The position numbers and the translations under genes were made by a program. Source: Campylobacterales bacterium (lineage in GTDB: Bacteria; Campylobacterota; Campylobacteria; Campylobacterales; QNZT01). Taken from it: 36,396 bases of DNA. Positions 27,276 through 34,189 of this stretch are shown piece by piece. The stretch covers positions 1 to 36,396 of the forward strand of contig JADGDK010000016.1 in NCBI GenBank assembly GCA_016744895.1. The letters run 5' to 3'. The notes under the pieces are model-generated. The model saw nothing but the letters and a program-made list of their open reading frames with translations, did not search any database and had not been told where the DNA came from. Position 1 is the stretch's first letter; every line of letters starts with the position of its first letter.

Positions 27276-28013
27276 ATGGAGTGGGATATAGGTATATTTT
27301 TATGGGTAAATTTTATCATCATCGCTAGTTCTGTGTTACAGATGGCGACGGGTGTGAGTGTGGGGATGATCATCGTACCATTTTTAGCGATGATCAGCTA
27401 TACGCTTGTACCTGTGCCCATCGTATTAGCTTCACTTGCCCTTACTATCATGATGGCGTACAAGGGTAAAGAGCATATCGATGTGGAAAATATTTACCAT
27501 GTTAGCTTTGGAATGTTGGCAGGGATATTTGTCGCTATATTTTTGTTTTCTCAAATTCACTTTGAGTATTTGGGCTTGGTGTTTGGGATGCTGATCTTGT
27601 TCTCCGTGTTTATTAGTATCAAAATTAAATCATTTAGGTTAAGTAAAAAGATGAACTTTGCAGGTGGTTTGATCGCTGGAACGATGGGCGCGATGGCGGC
27701 TGTAGGTGGTCAAGTACTAGCCCTACTGTTTCAAAACCATCCTCTTAAATCGATCAAGTCTACATTAGCCGCCTTGTATACGTTATTTTCACTAGTAATG
27801 CTTTTTATCTTTTATCTCTTTGGACAGTTTAGCAATGATCAAATGGTATCAGGACTCTACATGATGCCAGGGTTTATCATAGGGTATTTGATCGCACCAA
27901 AGTTTACAAAGTACTTTGATCCAAAATACTCAAAAGTAGCGGTGTTGGGTATGGCGATCGTGGGGTCTTTGTTGTTGATTTATCGGACTTTGGTGGAGAT
28001 GGGATTTGTTTAG
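27276..28013 (+). CDS. TSUP (TauE/SafE) family membrane transporter
   Basis: ~245 aa, 7-8 TM helices, duplicated Gly-rich segments (GGLIAGTMGAMAAVGG) typical of DUF81/TauE proteins. Confidence 0.55.
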   Translation: MEWDIGIFLWVNFIIIASSVLQMATGVSVGMIIVPFLAMISYTLVPVPIVLASLALTIMMAYKGKEHIDVENIYHVSFGMLAGIFVAIFLFSQIHFEYLGLVFGMLILFSVFISIKIKSFRLSKKMNFAGGLIAGTMGAMAAVGGQVLALLFQNHPLKSIKSTLAALYTLFSLVMLFIFYLFGQFSNDQMVSGLYMMPGFIIGYLIAPKFTKYFDPKYSKVAVLGMAIVGSLLLIYRTLVEMGFV

Positions 28014-28205
28014 AGTAGATATTAATATAATGTTTATTGCATAAAGATATATAATCACAAGTATTAAAAAGAATGAATTATAACAATAAATTCAAACTCT
28101 TTACTTCATCACTATACTTTTTAAAAAAAAATCACCCAAAATAATGGAAACAAAGAAAAAGTTATTATTTGATAATATACAGAGAATTACTAAAGGAACT
28201 ATACT

Positions 28206-29264
28206 ATGACTAATCACTTTATTAAAAACTTGAATCTAACTAATTTTAAATGTTTTAAAAAGCTTGAAGTAGATGGCTTTCAAAGAGTAAATTTAATAAG
28301 TGGTAAAAATAATATTGGTAAAACTTCTTTAATGGAGGCAATTGAATTATCAGTTTCTTCTGAGACTTCTCATGATTTAGCTTACAAAATATATGAAATG
28401 ATGAGAAGAAGACAATCAATTATTAGATTAAATAGAGAAAAATATTTTGAGTTAGATTTTATATATGATGATAGCTCTAATGTCACAATCATTATGAATA
28501 ATAAAGAAGTTAGGATTGAATATTTAGAATATATTAAAAAGACACCAGAAGAAGAAAATCTATTTGAGGAAGAAGACTTAACTGTCTCTTATTATCAACC
28601 ATCACTAAAATTAAGTATAAATGATGATAGTAGAATTTTTACAATCGACAGGTTTATAAATAGACCCAGTATGATAAGACGAGAGCGATATAGTGAAAAT
28701 AAAGCAAAAGTAAATTTTATAACTTCTACAACAACAGATGAACGAGATATAGCAATTTTTTATGGTAAATTAATAGATTTAAATAAAGAGGAATTTTTAA
28801 ATAATTCTTTAAAAATATTTGATGAAAATATTCTTGCTTTAAAACAAAAAGCAACTGAAAGAGATATTGTTTTAAAAATCCAATTAAAGAATAGAGAATT
28901 ACCAGTCCTTCTATCTTCTTTAGGTGAAGGAATTAATAGATATATAGCAATAATATGTGCAATATGGGCAAGTCAAGATAGTTTTCTATTCATTGATGAA
29001 ATTGAAAATGGCATACATTACACAAATTACGAGAAACTATGGAAAATAATCTTTGAAACATCTAAAATGGCAAATTGCCAAATATTTATAACAACACATT
29101 CTAAAGAATGCATTGAATCTTTTAATCATGTAAATAAAAATAATGCAGGTACTTATTTTGAATTCTATAGAAATCAAAAAACAAATTTAATTACTGCAAA
29201 ACAAAGAGATACTAATCAATTGAATTATGCACTAACGCATAATGGAGAAATTAGAGGTGAGTAG
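28206..29264 (+). CDS. AAA_21/ABC-type ATPase of a two-gene OLD/AbiL/PARIS-like module
   Basis: N-terminal Walker A GKNNIGKTS within an SMC/OLD-like head (FIKNLNLTNFKCF); C-terminal Walker B LFIDEIENGIH and H-loop FITTHS; very AT-rich gene. Confidence 0.7.
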   Translation: MTNHFIKNLNLTNFKCFKKLEVDGFQRVNLISGKNNIGKTSLMEAIELSVSSETSHDLAYKIYEMMRRRQSIIRLNREKYFELDFIYDDSSNVTIIMNNKEVRIEYLEYIKKTPEEENLFEEEDLTVSYYQPSLKLSINDDSRIFTIDRFINRPSMIRRERYSENKAKVNFITSTTTDERDIAIFYGKLIDLNKEEFLNNSLKIFDENILALKQKATERDIVLKIQLKNRELPVLLSSLGEGINRYIAIICAIWASQDSFLFIDEIENGIHYTNYEKLWKIIFETSKMANCQIFITTHSKECIESFNHVNKNNAGTYFEFYRNQKTNLITAKQRDTNQLNYALTHNGEIRGE

Positions 29265-29910
29265 TTCAATAGTTGTTGAAAGTGAAAATGATAAATATTT
29301 TATAGAAGCACTTATCTGTAAATTAAACTTGGATATTAAAGTAGATAATCCAATTTGTTCCATAAATAATTATGAATGTTTGGGTGGCTATACAAATTTA
29401 ATCAATAAGCTTAAGGGAATACGATTTGATAAATTTACTAAACTTGGCATCATATTAGATGCTGATGATGTAGGAGTAGAAGAGAGAATTAAATTTATTA
29501 ATGATTCTTTAAAAACTATTTGTTCAGATGTAGAATTAACTAACATAAATGAATTAAAGAGAAGTGAAGAGCTAGATATTGACATAGCTTGTTATATTAT
29601 GAATATTGATGGTAAAGGTGAACTTGAAACTGTTTTAAAAACTATAAAATCAGAAGAGTCAATTTATGCAGATTGTTTATCTGAATGGCGTAATTGTTTA
29701 AAAAGTACAGGTTGCGAAATAAGTGATAAAGAATTTGACAAATTTTGGATTAACAACTATTTAAAATTTGATACTTGTAAAAGCAGTAAGCATAGAGGAA
29801 ATAAAAGTAAATATTGTTCTAATGAAATGGCTATAAAAAAAGATATATGGAACTTTGAACATTCATCTCTCATTGATTTAAAAGACTTTTTAACTTTATT
29901 TAAAATTTAA
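29242..29910 (+). CDS. RloB/AbiLii-like TOPRIM-fold protein (partner of the upstream ATPase)
   Basis: N-terminus IVVESENDKYFIEAL resembles the RloB/OLD TOPRIM glutamate motif (I.VEGE.TE..YF); downstream acidic DxD-like GIILDADDVG; overlaps the ATPase gene by 23 nt. Confidence 0.55.
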   Translation: MEKLEVSSSIVVESENDKYFIEALICKLNLDIKVDNPICSINNYECLGGYTNLINKLKGIRFDKFTKLGIILDADDVGVEERIKFINDSLKTICSDVELTNINELKRSEELDIDIACYIMNIDGKGELETVLKTIKSEESIYADCLSEWRNCLKSTGCEISDKEFDKFWINNYLKFDTCKSSKHRGNKSKYCSNEMAIKKDIWNFEHSSLIDLKDFLTLFKI

Positions 29911-29999
29911 TTGTTGATATTAAAAAATACTATATAGTGAGTAATAAATCTTTATTGAAGATAACATTATTTCTAAATAATAGAGTGTAACTTACCTAT

Positions 30000-30506
30000 A
30001 TGGAGCTTAAAATGGATAATATCAACAACACCAAACTCATACTCCTCTGCGGAAAAATGGGTGCAGGTAAAACAACAACGTCAAAAGCTATCGCCGAAGA
30101 GTCTAATGCTGTATTGATCTCTGAAGATGAATGGCTCTCTTCACATTATCCAGCACAAATCAATACCTTTGATGACTATATAAAGTATGCACAACAGATT
30201 AAACCATTTGTAAAGGCTCATGTGCAAAACATACTTACTGCAGGTGTAACAGTGGTGATGGATTTTCCAGCAAATACACAGCGGCAAAGAAAATGGTTAC
30301 TAAGTATTTGCCAAGAGATTGGTAGTGATCATGAACTGATTTACTTAAACATCAGCGATGAAAGATGTTTATCACAAATCTCTAAGCGTCGAAAAGAGCA
30401 GCCTGAACGATCACAATTTGATACACAAGAGATGTTTTATGAGGTGAGTAAATATTTTGAAGCACCTTCTAAAGAGGAAGGGTTACATATCATTGAAAGA
30501 TCGTAG
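30000..30506 (+). CDS. small P-loop kinase (AAA_33-like nucleotide/antibiotic kinase fold)
   Basis: Walker A CGKMGAGKTT at the N-terminus followed by a Walker-B-like DEWL; 168 aa. Confidence 0.55.
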   Translation: MELKMDNINNTKLILLCGKMGAGKTTTSKAIAEESNAVLISEDEWLSSHYPAQINTFDDYIKYAQQIKPFVKAHVQNILTAGVTVVMDFPANTQRQRKWLLSICQEIGSDHELIYLNISDERCLSQISKRRKEQPERSQFDTQEMFYEVSKYFEAPSKEEGLHIIERS

Positions 30507-30569
30507 GTTTAAATAGTAGTAGCCCTTTTAAAGTATTTGTAAACTCCACATCCCTATAATCTCTGCAAG

Positions 30570-30606
30570 TGTGATTTCTATCTAAATTCCTTAGTTTTGG
30601 TATAAT
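30570..30606 (+). promoter_or_regulatory. extended -10 promoter (TGgTATAAT) upstream of the 30639 gene
   Basis: TGGTATAAT at 30598-30606, 32 nt before the RBS/ATG. Confidence 0.35.
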
Positions 30607-30638
30607 ATATTATAGATTAATAGAATGAGGTAGTTATC

Positions 30639-31286
30639 ATGATGCAAGAAATCGTATTAGGTGTAGTGATTTTACTTTTTGGTATCGGTTTTATTTATGC
30701 GAAAAAGCATAAACAAAGAAGATATTTTATCCAGATGTATGACTTTCCTATAACTGTGATAGAACGTTTTAAAGAGAAGTCATACCATTTTACAGATGAA
30801 CAAGTTCGAGATATTTTTGAGGGCTTAAAAGATTATTTTTACATCTGTAACAAAGCAAATAATAGAATGGTAGCTATGCCTTCAAAAGTTGTGGATGATG
30901 CTTGGCATGAGTTTTTACTCTTTACACAAGAGTATGAAGCATTTTCCAAAAAAGCATTTGGACGGTTGTTTCACCATATCCCTAGCGTTTCGATTGCTGA
31001 TAGCAGTAAGATGGATGAAGCGTTAAAAACGGCATGGATGCTCTCATGTGAAAAAGAGGATATTTTATATAATGTACCAGACAAGTTACCACGTCTGTTT
31101 TTACTGGATAAACTGTTAGAAATCAAAGGTGGCAATATTTATGTCATTAATTGTCATAGTAAAAAAGAAGATGAAATCTGTGTAAAAGACCTTTTTGACC
31201 CTAAACGAAGATCTGATAAAAATACTTCAAGCTCTTCATGTGGTGGGGGAAACGTCTCTTGTAGCAATGGTTGTAGCGGATCATAA
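30639..31286 (+). CDS. membrane-anchored hypothetical protein with C-terminal Ser/Gly/Cys-rich tail
   Basis: N-terminal TM helix (IVLGVVILLFGIGFIYA); conserved-looking DDAWHEFLLFTQEY block; C-terminus SSSSCGGGNVSCSNGCSGS. Confidence 0.5.
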   Translation: MMQEIVLGVVILLFGIGFIYAKKHKQRRYFIQMYDFPITVIERFKEKSYHFTDEQVRDIFEGLKDYFYICNKANNRMVAMPSKVVDDAWHEFLLFTQEYEAFSKKAFGRLFHHIPSVSIADSSKMDEALKTAWMLSCEKEDILYNVPDKLPRLFLLDKLLEIKGGNIYVINCHSKKEDEICVKDLFDPKRRSDKNTSSSSCGGGNVSCSNGCSGS

Positions 31287-31381
31287 ATATGTCTTCTATG
31301 AAGCGTTATGGTATACATAAAATCGTGATCGGATTTTGATCAAAGGTAAAACGGTAAAAATAATTGAAGGAGTATTTTATC

Positions 31382-31921
31382 ATGGCAGTTAAGTTTGATG
31401 CACTTAATCAAGAGCATATTGCGTTTATTGCGAATCAACATCTTTTTTTCATAGGCTCTGCAGGATGTGAAGGGTTTATCAATGTCTCTCCAAAAGGAAT
31501 GGATACACTTAAGGTGATTGATGGAAAAAAGATAGTCTGGCTCAATCACACAGGCAGTGGAAACGAAACTTCAACACATGTACAGGAGAATGGTCGTATG
31601 ACTATCATGTGGTGTTCTTTTGATAAAAAGCCGTTGATTTTAAAGGCCTATGGTAGTGCAAAAGTGGTACACCCAAGAGATGCGTCATGGGATGAGATGA
31701 GTGGACATTTTGAAGAATTTCTTGGGGTGAGACAGTTTTTTGTGCTTGATATCTCACTGGTTTTGGCTTCATGTGGATTTGGTGTACCAAAGTTTAAATA
31801 TATTGGAGAGCGAAACAGCCTACTAAAGTGGGCAAATAATGTCGGTCGAGAGGGTATATCAGAGTATTGGGAAGAAAATAATCAGATTAGTTTAGATGGT
31901 AAAGAGACACATATATTATAA
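31382..31921 (+). CDS. pyridoxamine 5'-phosphate oxidase-like FMN-binding split-barrel protein
   Basis: PNPOx-like fold pattern (LFFIGSAGCEGFINVSPKG ... GRMTIMW); start set at the ATG preceded by an AGGAG RBS. Confidence 0.55.
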   Translation: MAVKFDALNQEHIAFIANQHLFFIGSAGCEGFINVSPKGMDTLKVIDGKKIVWLNHTGSGNETSTHVQENGRMTIMWCSFDKKPLILKAYGSAKVVHPRDASWDEMSGHFEEFLGVRQFFVLDISLVLASCGFGVPKFKYIGERNSLLKWANNVGREGISEYWEENNQISLDGKETHIL

Positions 31922-31955
31922 TGGTTAATTTGATAAATCAATAAAAAGGTGTAGT

Positions 31956-32519
31956 GTGAAAGAGATCTATCTAATCCGTCATGGCAAAGTAGATATTGAC
32001 AATAGTAAACGTATCTATGCACATGAGATAAAACAGTGGGTAGATGCCTACGACACTGCACCTTTAGATCCAAATAGTATCCCAACTCATAATTTGCATA
32101 CATTGATAACACATGTAGACCTTGTGATAAGCAGTCAGAAAAGAAGGTCGATTGATTCCATAAAACTACTTGGTCGAGTGACTTATGAAAGCCATTCCTC
32201 TTTTGATGAAGCAAAAATCCCAGACTCCTCAATACCATTTGTCAAGCTAAAACCAAAATCATGGCTTAGCCTTCTTCGTATACTTCAAATGATGGGATTG
32301 GGAAGAACAAATAGTACATTGATCGCTTCAAAAAAAGAAGCAGAAAAAGCAGTTGATTTTCTGATAACATGTTTAGCAAGACACAATACTATCGCGGTAG
32401 TAGGACATGGTGGAATGAATTGGCTTATCAGTAAAAGGCTTCAAAAATTAGGATGGAACATAGAAGGAAAACCTATGCATCACAATTGGGGTGTCACTAA
32501 ACTTAGGATCAAAGAATAA
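31956..32519 (+). CDS. histidine phosphatase superfamily (SixA/PGM-like) protein
   Basis: N-terminal RHG catalytic motif (IYLIRHGKV) and a C-terminal GHGG region; GTG start. Confidence 0.55.
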   Translation: MKEIYLIRHGKVDIDNSKRIYAHEIKQWVDAYDTAPLDPNSIPTHNLHTLITHVDLVISSQKRRSIDSIKLLGRVTYESHSSFDEAKIPDSSIPFVKLKPKSWLSLLRILQMMGLGRTNSTLIASKKEAEKAVDFLITCLARHNTIAVVGHGGMNWLISKRLQKLGWNIEGKPMHHNWGVTKLRIKE

Positions 32520-33207
32520 ATATGATCATGGGAGAACAACTTTGGAAAATTTAAACTGTATCTACTGTAATCACAACAAACTTTACCATTTACAAAATGG
32601 ATATCTTAAATGCAGTATTTGTAAAAAAAAGTTTAGTCCAAAGAAAATAGAGAAAAAACAAAATATTATCAACTGTTTCATCGATGATCTCACAATGCGA
32701 CAATGTGCTCAAACGTTAGAACTCTCTTATGTGAGTGTTTCTAAATATTATAAAGAGTTTCGTATAAAAATCGCTACTTATTTGGAAGATGAATACCTTA
32801 AAAAAGAGGATTCGGTAAGTGAATATGATGAATATCTCTACCTTGAAAAAGCCAAAAAACATGATAAAAAGTATATCTTTGATTCTCAAAATTTTCTTAC
32901 TTTTGATTATGAAGATAAAATCTACAATATACTTATGCCACCACTTAATCGTTATAAAAATCAATTTATCCACGATAATTTAGAAGAAGTTTATCATCGT
33001 GAGTTTTCCAAGTTTTTATTGATACACAAAGTCGCAAAACTACAACAACATGAAAACAACATCACAAAGTTTTGGCGCTATTTTGAAGATTTTATTCTTA
33101 AATACAAAGGTATAAATAAAGAGAATTTTTTTTACTATCTCAAAGAAGCAGAGTTTAAATTTAACTATACAAAACAAATACAGCGAGAAATTTTAACACA
33201 ATTGTAA
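32491..33207 (+). pseudogene. IS1595-family transposase-like remnant (Zn-ribbon + HTH + C-terminal tail, DDE core apparently missing)
   Basis: N-terminal CxxC-x17-CxxC zinc ribbon (CIYCNHNK...CSICKKKF) followed by an HTH; C-terminal ...FFYYLKEAEFKFNYTKQ resembles the IS1595 YL.E..FRFN.R tail. Only 238 aa with no recognisable DDE triad and no terminal inverted repeats seen. Confidence 0.4.
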
Positions 33208-33230
33208 AATCTTAACCTTAATCATTTTTT

Positions 33231-34181
33231 ATGACCCCTATCTTAGATACTATGTCAACTATACAAGGAGAAGATATGCAGCAACATTACCAAAACTTGA
33301 AAACACACTATAAATTTACAAAAGAAGACTCTAAACTACTCTTAGAACTGAAACCACAAATGGAAGCACTTGCAGATGAATTCATTGATGGGTTTTATGA
33401 TTATATTTGGGGTTTTGGTAAAACTGCTACATTCTTAAAAAATAAAGAGATCATCTCTTATCATCGGGGAAAAATCAAAGCTTGGTTTATCAATCTTTTC
33501 TGTGGACAATATGACATGACTTATTTTATGTATCTTTATAAAATTGGTGAAGTACATGTCAAGATTGGATTACCAACACATTATGTCAACGCAGCTTTTA
33601 CATTTGTACGTACTTTTGTGATCACACATATTCAACAAAACCCTAACCAAGATGAAACAACATATCAACAGACTAAAGCTATTGAGAAAGTTATCGACAT
33701 GAACCTTGATGTACTCACTAGTTCTTATAGAGAAGAGGAACTTAGTAAATTTCTCTCCATGTCAAAGTTTGAAAAGAGTATTTTAGCAGGTCTTAAAAAA
33801 TTCACTTCTTTTATCAATTTCTTACTTGCCGGAGCATTAGCTTTAGTAGCATTTTTTGCAATTGGACTTTTTTCTTATGATGTCTATCTTCTCTTTTTCT
33901 CTGACATTGGCATTGAAAAAGGTATTTTAACTGTTTTAGGTAGTTTATTGGTCTTATGGGCAGCCATAGAACTTATTCACGAAGAGATCAAACATCTTCA
34001 AGGTAAAGGCTTTGCCATAGGTGCTTTTATCATGCTAGCGATGGCAGCACTAATTCGAAAGGTACTTATCTATTCACTCTCTTCAGGAAAAGGAGAAGAT
34101 CTTTTGGTTATTGGTACTGTAATTGTTGGATTGGCTATTGCCTACTGGCTGGTAGGTGCAAACAAAGAGAGATCTCTCTAG
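33231..34181 (+). CDS. protoglobin (globin-coupled-sensor) domain fused to a C-terminal membrane domain
   Basis: Sensor-globin-like N-terminal domain (..FIDGFYDYIWGF..HRGKIKAWF..IGEVHVKIGLPTHYV..) followed by 3-4 predicted TM helices. Confidence 0.55.
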   Translation: MTPILDTMSTIQGEDMQQHYQNLKTHYKFTKEDSKLLLELKPQMEALADEFIDGFYDYIWGFGKTATFLKNKEIISYHRGKIKAWFINLFCGQYDMTYFMYLYKIGEVHVKIGLPTHYVNAAFTFVRTFVITHIQQNPNQDETTYQQTKAIEKVIDMNLDVLTSSYREEELSKFLSMSKFEKSILAGLKKFTSFINFLLAGALALVAFFAIGLFSYDVYLLFFSDIGIEKGILTVLGSLLVLWAAIELIHEEIKHLQGKGFAIGAFIMLAMAALIRKVLIYSLSSGKGEDLLVIGTVIVGLAIAYWLVGANKERSL

Positions 34182-34189
34182 GGAGATCA

